Origin: an uncultured Planctomycetales bacterium
GTDB lineage: Bacteria; Planctomycetota; MHYJ01; JACPRB01
Direction: 5' to 3'
NCBI GenBank assembly: GCA_964468745.1
Contig: CAYXVY010000140.1
Coordinates: 5,945 to 69,944, forward strand
DNA length: 64,000 bases
Of this stretch, positions 1 to 9,453 are shown one piece after another. Positions within the stretch are counted from its first letter, which is position 1; each line of letters starts with the position of its first letter. A model generated the notes under the pieces. That model had not been told where the DNA came from and did not search any database. It saw only the letters and a list, made by a program, of their open reading frames with translations. A program made the translations under genes and the position numbers.

Positions 1-415
1 GGACGTCCTGCAGGAACGCCTTGATCTTCCCCCACCAGTTCGCGGGGAATGGGATCCCCTTCGCCTCCGCCGCCGCGCGGATCCCCGTGACGACGAACTC
101 GCGCACGACGATGATCACGATCACCCACGCCGGAATCAGCTGCGCGATCACCTCGATCCGCTGCGTCAGGATGAGCACGCCGCACACCGTGATCTTGTCC
201 ACCATCGGGTCGGCGATCCGGCCGATCTCCGAGATCTCGCCGTACCGCCGCGCCGCCCACCCGTCGAGCGCGTCACTGATCGCCACGACAAGGTAGAGCA
301 CGTAGCAGACGACGAGCAGCGTGTGCTTCTCCGGCCCGTCCACCGGCACCAGCAGCCCGAAGAGCACCAGCGACAGCAGGAAGCGGGCAAGAGTGATCTT
401 GTTTGCGAGCGTCAT
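1..415 (-). CDS. pgsA: CDP-diacylglycerol--glycerol-3-phosphate 3-phosphatidyltransferase (CDP-alcohol phosphatidyltransferase); 3' end of the gene lies outside the window
   Basis: Minus-strand translation from the ATG at 413-415 reads MTLANKITLARFLLSLVLFG...DALDGWAARRYGEISEIGRIADPMVDKI. This carries the CDP-alcohol phosphatidyltransferase D-G-x2-A-R-x8-G-x3-D-x3-D motif and multiple TM segments. The reading frame runs off the window start, so it is absent from the ORF track. Confidence 0.8.
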   Translation of the reverse strand, partial: MTLANKITLARFLLSLVLFGLLVPVDGPEKHTLLVVCYVLYLVVAISDALDGWAARRYGEISEIGRIADPMVDKITVCGVLILTQRIEVIAQLIPAWVIVIIVVREFVVTGIRAAAEAKGIPFPANWWGKIKAFLQDV

Positions 416-466
416 TCCCTGTTTTGAGTCATGAGTGTTGAGTTATGAGCCGCTACTCAGAACTCA

Positions 467-1843
467 TCACTCACAACCAATCAGATCGCCGACGAGATCA
501 TACTGACGGAATCCAGTCACACGTGCTCGTGCGATCGAACCCTCAGATACCGAGTTTCCATGGAGGGCGATCACGGGGTCAATTTCCGGCGCGTCCCCGT
601 ACGTCCGCCCCTCCCACGTCCGCGCGTTGATCTTCCGTTCGACGAGCACCGGCACCTCGCGTCCGACCCACGAGCGATTGTGCGCATAGGCGATCGTCTG
701 CTGGAGCCGCATCAGCTTGTCCATGCGGCGCAGCTTCTCCGGCTCGGCGATGTGCCCGTCGAGCCCGTCCGCATGCGACCCCGGCTCGCGCGAGAACGCG
801 AACGCCCCGAGCCGCTCGAACTTCATCACCTCGAGGTCGGCGAGCATCCCGTCGAAGTCCTCTTCCGTCTCGCCGGGGAAGCCGACGATGACCGTCGTGC
901 GCAACACGAGCCCGGGGATGCCCGCGCGGAGCTTCGAGATCAGCTCCTTCTGCTTCTCCTCCGTGATCCCGCGCCGCATCAACCGCAGCACGCGCTCCCG
1001 CGTGTGCTGGATCGGCATGTCCATGTACTTCACGACCTTCGGCAGCCGCGCGACGGTCTCGATCAGCCGGTCGGTCACGAACGTGGGATAACAATACAGG
1101 AGACGGAGCCAGTCGATCCCCTCCACGTCGCTCAGCTTCTCGAGCAGCTCGTCGAGGCACAGCTTGCGATAGAGGTCGAGCCCGTAGTTCGTCGTGTCCT
1201 GCGCGATGAGGTTGAGCTCGCGGCACCCGTCCTTCGCGAGTTCCTGCGCCTCGCCGAGAATCGCCTCGATCGGCTTTGAGCGGAACTTCCCGCGGATTTG
1301 CGGGATGACGCAGAACGAGCATGTGTGATTGCACCCCTCGGAGAGGCGCAGGTAGGCGGTGTGCCGCGCTGTCAGGCGGAAGCGGTCGCGGTCGATCTCG
1401 TACTTCGGGAGGTCCGACGAGACCAGGTTGACTTTGCGCTTGCCGACCTTCGCCAGGACGGTCTGGCACACGTCGGCAATCTTCTCTCGGTTGGTAATCC
1501 CAAGCACCGCGTCGACATCCGGGAGTCGCTTCTCGAATTCGGGGCCGTAGCGCTGCGGGAGGCAGCCGGCGACGACAACCGCGCGCAGCTTGCCGCGCTT
1601 CTTCAGATCGACCATCTTGTCGATCGTCTCCATCGACTCGCGCTCGCTCGCCTGCAGGAATCCGCACGTGTTGACGACGACGACGTCCGAGTCCTCGTAC
1701 CGCGAGCAGATCGTGAATCCCGACTGCGCGAGGTGCCCGAGCAGCACTTCGCTGTCGATCAGGTTCTTCGCGCAGCCGAGGCTGACGAAGGAAACCCGGG
1801 GACCTGTCCCGAGCGCAGTCGAGGGGGCCGTTTCGGTGGTCAA
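467..1843 (-). CDS. rimO: Ribosomal protein S12 methylthiotransferase RimO (radical SAM, MiaB-like, C-terminal TRAM domain)
   Basis: ORF 467..2044(-) contains RVSFVSLGCAKNLIDSEVLLGHL (RimO N-terminal UPF0004 signature), a radical-SAM CxxxCxxC (CNHTCSFCVIP) and a C-terminal TRAM-like domain. The first ~80 aa of the track ORF are low-complexity junk. The likely TTG start is near 1843, about 9 nt downstream of a minus-strand TATAAT at 1853-1858. Confidence 0.75.
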   Translation of the reverse strand: MTTETAPSTALGTGPRVSFVSLGCAKNLIDSEVLLGHLAQSGFTICSRYEDSDVVVVNTCGFLQASERESMETIDKMVDLKKRGKLRAVVVAGCLPQRYGPEFEKRLPDVDAVLGITNREKIADVCQTVLAKVGKRKVNLVSSDLPKYEIDRDRFRLTARHTAYLRLSEGCNHTCSFCVIPQIRGKFRSKPIEAILGEAQELAKDGCRELNLIAQDTTNYGLDLYRKLCLDELLEKLSDVEGIDWLRLLYCYPTFVTDRLIETVARLPKVVKYMDMPIQHTRERVLRLMRRGITEEKQKELISKLRAGIPGLVLRTTVIVGFPGETEEDFDGMLADLEVMKFERLGAFAFSREPGSHADGLDGHIAEPEKLRRMDKLMRLQQTIAYAHNRSWVGREVPVLVERKINARTWEGRTYGDAPEIDPVIALHGNSVSEGSIARARVTGFRQYDLVGDLIGCE

Positions 1844-1852
1844 GGGGGGACG

Positions 1853-1858
1853 ATTATA
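1853..1858 (-). promoter_or_regulatory. -10 box (CCTATAATC) with TTGCCC -35 18 nt upstream, driving a leaderless rimO transcript
   Basis: Minus-strand sequence reads cgcccCTATAATcgtcccccc-TTG, and a TTGCCC lies 18 nt upstream of the TATAAT. Confidence 0.5.
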
Positions 1859-1895
1859 GGGGCGATCGCACGGCGGGGGCAACAGGGATGCCCGA

Positions 1896-2495
1896 CTACG
1901 CCTTAAACGTGATCCAGCCGTCCTCCTCGACACGCCAGCCGAGATCCCCTGCGTGCTCCTTGAGGGTTGCAAGGAGACGTCGCGAGGCGGTGTTCTGTCC
2001 GGTCCCCACCCGGGCCCCCGTGATGCCGGGCGACCGCGCCGCATACGCGACGAAGTCCAGAAGCATCATCACCGACAAACCCTGGCCGACATGCGATTCA
2101 TCTACAGCAACCGAGAAGCCGTGCAGCTTCGTCGCGTGACGCTGAAAAAAGACATGCCCGAGGACGATGTCCCCCTTTGGGTATATGAAACCGTCGTACC
2201 CCCGCCACAGCATGACGCGCCAGAGCAGCGCTCCCGGCATCCAGCGCACCCACCGCGTCCGGGTATGGAATCGACCGCCCTCCATGGGATGTCGTATGCA
2301 CGACAGGATGTACTCGCGCACGATTTGAGTCGATCGGCTAACAGGGTCGCTGGCAAGCCACGGCGGCGGCACCTCAAGCGCATCCGTATCGCGCGCGATC
2401 ACCTGCCTCGCGAGCCAGCGCACGTCCGCCCGCCCGGGCCCGGCGCACGGGGATCCGGAAGCATCATCCGCTCGCACTTGGTCCCGCGCAGTCAA
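1896..2495 (-). CDS. Putative GNAT-family N-acetyltransferase (hypothetical)
   Basis: ORF 1896..2519(-). C-terminal half has GNAT-like HVGQGLS...LGW motifs. A minus-strand TATAAT (2503-2508) lies inside the first codons of the track ORF, so the real start is probably the TTG at 2493-2495, 7 nt after the -10 (leaderless). Confidence 0.4.
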   Translation of the reverse strand: MTARDQVRADDASGSPCAGPGRADVRWLARQVIARDTDALEVPPPWLASDPVSRSTQIVREYILSCIRHPMEGGRFHTRTRWVRWMPGALLWRVMLWRGYDGFIYPKGDIVLGHVFFQRHATKLHGFSVAVDESHVGQGLSVMMLLDFVAYAARSPGITGARVGTGQNTASRRLLATLKEHAGDLGWRVEEDGWITFKA

Positions 2496-2502
2496 GGGGC
2501 GG

Positions 2503-2508
2503 ATTATA
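2503..2508 (-). promoter_or_regulatory. -10 box (CCTATAATC) with TTGCTC -35; leaderless start of the GNAT-like gene
   Basis: Minus-strand sequence reads TTGCTC-n18-TATAAT-ccgcccc-TTG. It is the same CCTATAATC-GCCCC module seen at rimO, cysD and the FmdB-like gene. Confidence 0.5.
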
Positions 2509-2574
2509 GGCGCGCTCACAGCGAGGGAGCAAACCCGATTGCCCCCGAAGCCGCTCGCGACTATGCTCCTCGCG

Positions 2575-3351
2575 ATGAATGAGCGGTCACTGCTCTGCGT
2601 GGCGCATCCGGGACACGAGCTGCGCGTCTACGGCTGGCTGGCGCAAGCGCGTCCCATCGTGTGCGTCGTCACCGACGGTTCGGGACGCTCGGGGCGCTCG
2701 CGCATCGAGGCCACACGCGAGACGCTCCTCGAGACGGGGTGCGTCGTCGGGCCCGTTTTCGCGCCGCTCACCGATGCGGATGCCTATCGCGCCGTCACCA
2801 CGGCCGACGCCGCACCGTTCATCCGCATCATCGACGACCTGGTCCGTACGATCGTCGAATGTGACATTCGATGCCTCGTGGGGGACGCCGCCGAAGGATA
2901 CAACCCGGCCCACGACGTCTGCCGCCTCATCCTCAACGGCGCCGGAGAAGCGTGTCGGCGGAGGGGGCATGCGCTGCGAAACCTCGAATTTCCCCTGTTC
3001 GGCGATCCCGCCGCGTGCCCCGACGCGCTTCGCTCGCAGGCCGTCGAATTGCGCCTCAGCGAGGCAATGTTCGAGGCGAAGCTCAAGGCGGCGCGACGCG
3101 AGGCGGATCTCGGCGTCGATGTGGACCAGGCGCTGCGCGAGGCGGGCGCCGACGCTTTCCGCTGCGAAGTCCTGCGGCCCTGCCTCACCACGGGCCCGAC
3201 TGACGGACTCCCGGACGCACCGACCGTCTACGAGCGATACGGCGAGGGGAAGGTGGCGGAAGGCAAGTACGCGACGGTGATCCGGCGACGTGAGCACGTG
3301 CTTCCCTTGGCGGCCGCCCTATGGCGTCACGCGGAGAGCGCCGGCCCATGA
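2575..3351 (+). CDS. PIG-L / LmbE-family N-acetylglucosaminyl deacetylase-like protein
   Basis: ORF 2539..3351(+). LLCVAHPGHELRVYGW near the N-terminus resembles the AHPDDE motif of PIG-L/LmbE deacetylases. The start is uncertain (2539 or 2575). The stop overlaps the next start (ATGA at 3348-3351). Confidence 0.5.
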   Translation: MNERSLLCVAHPGHELRVYGWLAQARPIVCVVTDGSGRSGRSRIEATRETLLETGCVVGPVFAPLTDADAYRAVTTADAAPFIRIIDDLVRTIVECDIRCLVGDAAEGYNPAHDVCRLILNGAGEACRRRGHALRNLEFPLFGDPAACPDALRSQAVELRLSEAMFEAKLKAARREADLGVDVDQALREAGADAFRCEVLRPCLTTGPTDGLPDAPTVYERYGEGKVAEGKYATVIRRREHVLPLAAALWRHAESAGP

Positions 3352-5426
3352 GCCCGCTGCGCGTCCTCATCACCAACATCACCCTGGCCACGCGGACCGG
3401 CACCGAGTTCTTCGTCCGCGATCTGGCGCACGGCCTCAAGGAGGCCGGCCACCTCCCGATGGTCTACACGCCTGCGCCGGGCTCCGTCGCCGACGAGAGC
3501 CGCGCCGAGGGGATCGCGGTGACGGACGACCTCACACGGTTGCCGGAGCGCCCCGACATCATCCACGGCCACCATACCCTGCAGACCATGGAGGCCGTCG
3601 TGCGCTTTCCCGGGGTGCCGGCGATCTTCGTCGCCCACGACCGCCTCGTCTGGCACGACGCGCCGCCCCTGCACCCGCGCATCCGTCGCCATGTCGCCGT
3701 CGACTACAACTGCCTCGATCGGCTGACGATCGACGCGAAGATCGCGGCGGACCGCACGTGCGTGATTCAAAACGCCGTGGATCTCCGAAAATTCCGCCCG
3801 CGCGATCCCCTCCCCCCGCGCCCGCGGCGGGCCCTGCTCTTCAGCAATTACGCCACGGAGGAGGGTGTTGCGGGGGCCGTTCGCGACGCGTGCGCGCGAA
3901 GCGGCATCGCCCTCGACGTCGCGGGTCAACGGCTGGGAAGCGTTTGCGAGCACCCGGAGTCGGTGCTGGGCGGCTACGATCTCGTGTTCGGGAAGGCGCG
4001 TTGCGCGCTCGAGGCGCTCGCCGTCGGGTGCGCGGTCGTGGTCTGCGATTTCCGCGGAGTCGGAGGTCTCGTGACGCCGGTCGACTTCACGCGCATGCGT
4101 CGCCTCAACTTCGGCATGCGGTTGCTCGTCGAGCCCGTAAGCGCGGAGGTGATCGCGCGCGAGATCGGGCGCTACGATCCGGCGGCCTGCACCGAAGTAA
4201 GCGCCGCCGCGCGGCGCGACGCTTCCCTGGAGGGTCAGGTCGCGCAGTTCGTGCGGCTCTACCACGACGTTCTCGCGGAACCGGCGCCGACTGGGTCGGA
4301 AGCGGAGGCCGTCGGGCGTTACCTCGCTTCCCTTATGCCCGCCTGCACGGAAATCGCCGTGCGCGCCGGCGACGGGCTGGCGGGGAGCGTCATCCATCCG
4401 CGCGCCAACCCCGCGCCAGACGAACGTGCGGCCCTGGAGGCCCAGATTGACGCGATCCGCAACTCTGCCGCGATGCGTGTGCGGGATCGCCTGCTCTCGA
4501 TGCCCGGCGTCGGCCCCGTCGCGCTCTACCTCGCCCGCTGGCTCTCGGGAAAGCATGCAAGCACCGGGCTGCGCCATCCGATGCCCGTCATCGTTGGGGT
4601 CCCGCGCTCGGGGACAACGCTCCTGCGGTTCATGCTCGACGCGCACCCGCTGCTGGCGATCCCTCCCGAGACGGGCTGGCTGCCGGAGGTCGCGAAGATG
4701 AAGCCGACGGGCAACGGTCCCGAGGCGCTCCTGAAGACGATCGCCGATCCCCCCAACTGGTCCGACTTCAAGCTGACGCGAGGAGCGCTCGAGGCGGCGC
4801 TGCGGGCCGTGCGGCCGTTCACGATCAGCGACGGCGTGCGCGCCTTCTACCGGCTGTACGCGCTCCGCTTCGATAAGCCGCGCTGGGGCGAGAAGACGCC
4901 GGGATACGGCCTGCACATGCTCGGCATCGAACGCGTGCTCCCGGAGTCGCACTTCATCCACCTCATCCGCGATGGACGCGACGTGGCCGCGTCCGTGCGC
5001 GGGCTGCCGTTTGCGCCCGGAAATACGATGGAGTCGATCGCGAACGATTGGTGCCGTCGCATTCGCGAGACCCGCGCGCAGGCGCGCCGCTGTCGGCGCT
5101 ATCTCGAGATTCGGTACGAAGATTTGATCCTCAAGCCCGCCGAGACCGTCCAGAGCGTGTGCACATTCATCGATCTCGTCTACGATCCCGCCATGCTCGA
5201 GTACTACCGGCGAAGCCGGGGACGCCTGATGGAGCACGAGGCGGGCGTCGCCCCCGATGGCCGCCCGATCACCAAGCAGGAACGCATCGAGAATCAGCGC
5301 TTCACGATGCAGCCGCCCGATGCTGCTCGGATCGGTCGCTGGCGGCAGGCTCTGAGCGCCCAAGAGATCGCGGAGTTCGAACGGGTCGCGGGACCGCTGT
5401 TGCGCGAACTCGAATATGCCAGATAG
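3348..5426 (+). CDS. Bifunctional glycosyltransferase (GT4-like, N-terminal) fused to a PAPS-dependent sulfotransferase domain (C-terminal)
   Basis: ORF 3321..5426(+), probable start MSPLRVLITN at 3348 (translationally coupled ATGA). The N-terminal ~320 aa have GT-B/GT4 features. The C-terminal ~270 aa carry the sulfotransferase 5'-PSB motif (IVGVPRSGTTLLRFML), 3'-PB motif (IRDGRDVAASV) and the typical WCRRIRE...RYEDLI region. Confidence 0.75.
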   Translation: MSPLRVLITNITLATRTGTEFFVRDLAHGLKEAGHLPMVYTPAPGSVADESRAEGIAVTDDLTRLPERPDIIHGHHTLQTMEAVVRFPGVPAIFVAHDRLVWHDAPPLHPRIRRHVAVDYNCLDRLTIDAKIAADRTCVIQNAVDLRKFRPRDPLPPRPRRALLFSNYATEEGVAGAVRDACARSGIALDVAGQRLGSVCEHPESVLGGYDLVFGKARCALEALAVGCAVVVCDFRGVGGLVTPVDFTRMRRLNFGMRLLVEPVSAEVIAREIGRYDPAACTEVSAAARRDASLEGQVAQFVRLYHDVLAEPAPTGSEAEAVGRYLASLMPACTEIAVRAGDGLAGSVIHPRANPAPDERAALEAQIDAIRNSAAMRVRDRLLSMPGVGPVALYLARWLSGKHASTGLRHPMPVIVGVPRSGTTLLRFMLDAHPLLAIPPETGWLPEVAKMKPTGNGPEALLKTIADPPNWSDFKLTRGALEAALRAVRPFTISDGVRAFYRLYALRFDKPRWGEKTPGYGLHMLGIERVLPESHFIHLIRDGRDVAASVRGLPFAPGNTMESIANDWCRRIRETRAQARRCRRYLEIRYEDLILKPAETVQSVCTFIDLVYDPAMLEYYRRSRGRLMEHEAGVAPDGRPITKQERIENQRFTMQPPDAARIGRWRQALSAQEIAEFERVAGPLLRELEYAR

Positions 5427-5472
5427 GTGCTTCCCGAACGCCGCCGGTTCGCTTGATATACTCCGCTGCTGA

Positions 5473-6185
5473 ATGTCGTCTCCCCCGATCAGGATCTCCA
5501 TCGACGTCTCGCACACGTTGACCCACGGCGCCTCGACGGGGATCCAGCGCATCGTACGGAACGTCGCGCGATGGGCCGCGGAAGCAGGCGAGGACGCGGG
5601 GATCGAGGGCCGCCCCATCGTCGTGGACAACCGCAGATCCCGCCGCCCGCGGTGGCCGTACGCCCACGTCCCCTTCATTTCGGCGATAGTAGCCGGCACC
5701 CCGCTACCCCCGGCATCTGCCGAACGCCCAGGCCAGGGAACAAGAAGCGCGGGCACACGCGCCGCAAGCCGTGCGAATCCTGCAGGCAGTTTATGAACGT
5801 CACGAGTCCATTGCGCTGGCTGGGTACCCAGTGGACGCGGCTTAAAGAAGAAGGCTTGGCCGCACGAACCTTGGCGCTGGGCAAAAAACTTTTGAGACCC
5901 GTGCTGCGCGGCTGCTTCCGCTTTGCCGGTTCACGCCCGCGCCTGAAACGGGCAGGCGCACGGCTGGCAAGAAATTCCGGCCTGTATGGGCCTCTGCATT
6001 CGCTGTACCTGCGCTTATCCGGCAAGGCCCTTCCGGTCGCGATCCTGGATCACGAGCTGCTGTTCAATGACGATGCGGAGGAAACCTCGCCCGCCAGGAT
6101 GCCGGGGAAACTGACCCTCGACGAACTCCTTTCGCGCATTCGCGCGGAACTGGCAGACCCCAAGAAACAGGGACAGCCACGGTGA
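5473..6185 (+). pseudogene. Frameshifted, truncated N-terminal fragment of a GT4 glycosyltransferase; a paralog of the 50311..51639 gene
   Basis: Two ORFs in different frames (5473..5796 and 5793..6185) resemble the N-terminal domain of the GT at 50311..51639 (ISIDVSHTLTHGASTGIQRIVRNVARW vs LIECTASFTSGLNTGVQRVMRGLANN; LLRPVLRGCFRFAGSRPRLKRAG vs LRAVLPSGVARSVIRTLKRAE). No catalytic C-terminal domain follows. The AT-richer block begins near 5800. Confidence 0.4.
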
Positions 6186-7240
6186 CGCCACAAGGTTCCG
6201 CACAATACACTTCGCACCGTGACCCGCTTCGGGTTGCCGTCCTGACAGCCGGACCCTCCACCGGAGAGCAGGGTGGAGCCGAGCGTCTCTATCAAACGCT
6301 GCTCAAGGGTCTGCTCGAGATCGGGTGCAGGGCGGAATTGATCCCGGTATCCGCAGACGAGCGCTCATTCGAGCAGATCGTGAGGAACTACGACCAAGTC
6401 CAACGCATGGACCTCTCGGCGTTCGACGTGGTCATCTCGACAAAAGCCCCGACCTTTGCGGTGGAGCACCCGAACCATGTGATGTACCTCACGCACACGA
6501 TCCGGGTGTACGACGACATGTTCCACGATGCGTTTCCCAAGCCTCATCCCCGGCATTGGGTCGAGCGCGCCAAGTTGCATGCAAGAGACTTCCAGTGCAT
6601 GTCCCGCATCAAGGCGAAGTTCGCTCTAAGTCATGAAGTCGCGAGGCGGCTGTACCGCTGGCGCGGGATCAGGGCCGAGGTATTGCACCCGCCCCTTGGC
6701 GTCCAGGGCTTCCGGCAAGGCGAGACAGGGGACTACTTCTTCCTGCCCGGACGCCTGCATCCTTGGAAGCGTGTCGACCTGCTCATCGAGGCGGTTCGGC
6801 ATTCATCGATGCCGCTGCGTCTCATCATCGCCGGCACCGGCGAAGCGGAGGCAGACCTGAGGCGCCGGGCCGCAGGCGATCCGCGCATCCGATTGGCCGG
6901 GCACATCAGCGATGAGGAATTGTTCGTGTACTATTCCGGCGCGCTGGCCATACCGTTCGTGCCTTTGCGGGAAGACTACGGCTACGTAACGCTCGAAGCG
7001 TTCGCCAGCGGCAAGGCCGTCGTGACGTGCAGCGATTCCGGCGAACCGACCCATTTCGTGAAGCACGGAGAAACCGGCCTTGTCAGTGCCCCGGACGCGC
7101 ACAGCCTGTGCGAATCGCTGGAATGGCTCTTTACCCATCGTGATGACGCCCGGAACATGGGACAAAAACGGGAAGACGCTGCTCGATGGCATGGCCTGGT
7201 CCAAGGTTGCCTCCCGGCTTGTGGACGCCGCGCTGGACAA
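6182..7240 (+). CDS. Glycosyltransferase family 4; C-terminus requires a +1 shift at an A5 run (about 7161-7168) to read the typical GT4 end
   Basis: ORF 6182..7954(+). The first ~330 aa are a good GT4 (RVAVLTAGPSTGEQGGAERLY...EAFASGKAVVTCSDSGEPTHFVKHGETGL). After DDARNMGQ the track frame becomes Arg-rich junk, whereas the +1 frame gives NGKTLLDGMAWSKVASRLVDAAL, a typical GT4 C-terminus. The shift maps to ggacaaaaacggg. Confidence 0.6.
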
Positions 7241-9299
7241 GACGCCCGCAACTCCGCCCGCACCGACAAGAGTCACCGTGCTCGACATGCAACCCATCGA
7301 CCCACCGGTCGGCGGAGGACGGCTGCGCCTGCTCGGTGTCTACCACAACCTTGGCGACAGGGTGGATTGCACGTACGTAGGCTCCTACGACTGGCCGGGG
7401 GAACGGCACAGAAAACACCGGCTGAGCGCCTGCCTCGAAGAAATCGACGTTCCTCTCAGCGACGAACACCACGCCGCGGCGCGGGCTTGGAGCGCCCATG
7501 CGGGCGGCAAGACCGTCATCGACATTTCGTTCGGCAAGCTTGGGAAGCTGTCCACCGAATACCTGGACGCCGCCCGCCGAAATATTCGCGATGCCGACAT
7601 CGTGGTCTTCTCCCATCCCTGGGTCTACCCGCTGGTCGCAGGGGATCTCTCACCGCGTCAGATCGTCGTCTACGACTCCCAGAATGTCGAAGGCTACCTT
7701 CGCGCCCAGTTGCTCGACGAGAGCAACGGGGCCGAGGCCAAGCTGTTGCGGCAGGTGGTCGACGACGAATACCAGCTGGGCTGCCGCGCGGACCTGATTC
7801 TCGCGTGCTCGCACGAGGACCTGCTTCGCTTCCAGCGGATTTACGAGTTCCCGCCGGACAGGATACGGGTCGTGCCGAACGGAGTGATGGCGTTCGCACA
7901 TCCGGTGCCAAGCCGCGAAGACAAGTCGAAGGCAAAAGCCGGACTGAAGCTTGAGAAAGGCCGTCTGATAGCGGTCTTCATCGGCAGCGCCTACGGACCC
8001 AATATCGAGGCCGGAAAGTTCATCATGGAGCACCTGGCGGACACGCTGCCGGACGTCACCTTCGTGCTTGCGGGAGGCGTCGGAGCCGAAGTGCCGGGCC
8101 GCAAGCGCAACGTCATCGTCACCGGCGGCCTGAACGAACAAGAAAAGCTGCGGTGGCTCTCCGCAGCCGACATCGCCATCAATCCCATGTTTTCGGGCTC
8201 GGGCACCAACATCAAGATGTTCGACTTCATGGCGATGGCGTTGCCTACCGTGACCACGGCCACCGGCGCGCGCGGCATCGATACCGGTGGACGTGACGCA
8301 TTGATCATCGCGGAACCCAGCACAGCGGCGTTCACCGATGCCATTCAGCGGCTCCGCGACGAAGAGACGCGAAACCGGATGGGCCGCGAGGCGCGTGCAT
8401 GCGTCGAGGAAGGCTACGCCTGGGAACGCATTTCCGGCCTTACAGGCCGGATGCTCGTGGCCAGGCATGCGCTGGCCGGACAGCCGCGCCCCATGTTCTC
8501 CGTGGTGATCCCCAGTTACGAGCGCCACCCCAAGCTGGATACGTTGATGGTCAGCTTGCAGAAACAGGTGGAAAGGGACTTCGAGGTCATCATCGTGGAC
8601 CAGACCGCGTCGCGCTGGCCTGGCGCGGAGAAAGAGTACGGATTCCCGTGCCTCTACTACCCCTCTTCGGTCAAGGGCGCGGTCCGGGCGCGCAACACCG
8701 GCGCCATGCTGGCGCAGGGCAGCGTAATCGCGTTCACCGACGACGACTGCATGCCGACCGAGGGCTGGCTGGCCAATGCCCGCAAGTACTTCCGCAGCCG
8801 CCGCGTGGTGGGCGTCGAAGGCATGATCGTATCCGACCACCTGGGCGAGTCCGATTGGCGCCCCGTCACCAATGTCGGCTTCGAAGGCGCCGGGTTCATG
8901 ACCGCCAACCTGATGGTGCGCAGCGACGTCTTCCAGAAACTCGGCGGCTTCGACCTGCAGTTCGACCGCCCGCACTTTCGCGAAGACACCGACTTCGGCT
9001 GGCGCATGACGGGCGCCGGCTTGGTGCCGTACGCGAAGGACGTCACCGTTTTCCATCCGGCCCAGCCCCGCTCCCTGGAGCGGGAATCAGCGGGTACTCG
9101 CGCCCGTCTCTTCCAGAAAGACGCATTGCTGTACCGCAAGCATCCGGACTCTTACCGACGGCTGTTCATGAAAGAGCGCCATTACCGGATCACGCCGGGG
9201 TTCAGGGAAAACGTGCTTGCCGGATTCTGCGCAACGGGGGACAAGATGCCGGAATGGATGGAGAAGCTCATCGGGAATGAACCTGATCCCATGTGCTGA
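7080..9299 (+). CDS. Bifunctional glycosyltransferase: GT4 domain (N-terminal) + GT2 domain (C-terminal); true start uncertain (possibly the ATG at 7287, or fused to the upstream GT4 via frameshift)
   Basis: GT4-like region (RIRVVPNGV...FIGSAYGPNIEAGKF...INPMFSGSGTNIKMFDFMAMALPTVTT) is followed by a GT2 domain (MFSVVIPSYERHPKLDTLMVSLQKQ...FEVIIVDQTAS...FTDDDCMP). No stop separates it from the upstream GT4 in the shifted frame. Confidence 0.7.
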   Translation: MSVPRTRTACANRWNGSLPIVMTPGTWDKNGKTLLDGMAWSKVASRLVDAALDKTPATPPAPTRVTVLDMQPIDPPVGGGRLRLLGVYHNLGDRVDCTYVGSYDWPGERHRKHRLSACLEEIDVPLSDEHHAAARAWSAHAGGKTVIDISFGKLGKLSTEYLDAARRNIRDADIVVFSHPWVYPLVAGDLSPRQIVVYDSQNVEGYLRAQLLDESNGAEAKLLRQVVDDEYQLGCRADLILACSHEDLLRFQRIYEFPPDRIRVVPNGVMAFAHPVPSREDKSKAKAGLKLEKGRLIAVFIGSAYGPNIEAGKFIMEHLADTLPDVTFVLAGGVGAEVPGRKRNVIVTGGLNEQEKLRWLSAADIAINPMFSGSGTNIKMFDFMAMALPTVTTATGARGIDTGGRDALIIAEPSTAAFTDAIQRLRDEETRNRMGREARACVEEGYAWERISGLTGRMLVARHALAGQPRPMFSVVIPSYERHPKLDTLMVSLQKQVERDFEVIIVDQTASRWPGAEKEYGFPCLYYPSSVKGAVRARNTGAMLAQGSVIAFTDDDCMPTEGWLANARKYFRSRRVVGVEGMIVSDHLGESDWRPVTNVGFEGAGFMTANLMVRSDVFQKLGGFDLQFDRPHFREDTDFGWRMTGAGLVPYAKDVTVFHPAQPRSLERESAGTRARLFQKDALLYRKHPDSYRRLFMKERHYRITPGFRENVLAGFCATGDKMPEWMEKLIGNEPDPMC

Positions 9300-9453
9300 A
9301 CTTTTCAGGAAGACGCGTTCAACAAGCACACAAAAGCAATCATCGCCGGGCAGGGCGGCCCCTACTTGCGACGCGCGACGAGCGCCGATCACCGCGGGAG
9401 AGAGTCGATGAATCCGTCGACCCAGACGGCCCGAAGCGGTCCTCGCGACGCCG

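Noticed and set aside
3327-5756. Very long Arg/Ala/Gly-rich ORFs antisense or out of frame to real genes (e.g. 3327..5756(-), 7650..9056(-), 12788..15385(+), 35570..38086(+), 27281..28726(-), 39596..42040(+) upstream part)
   Set aside because: They mirror real genes on the other strand or frame, have Arg/Gly/Pro-dominated low-complexity translations, and lack motifs. These are the expected spurious ORFs of ~70% GC DNA.
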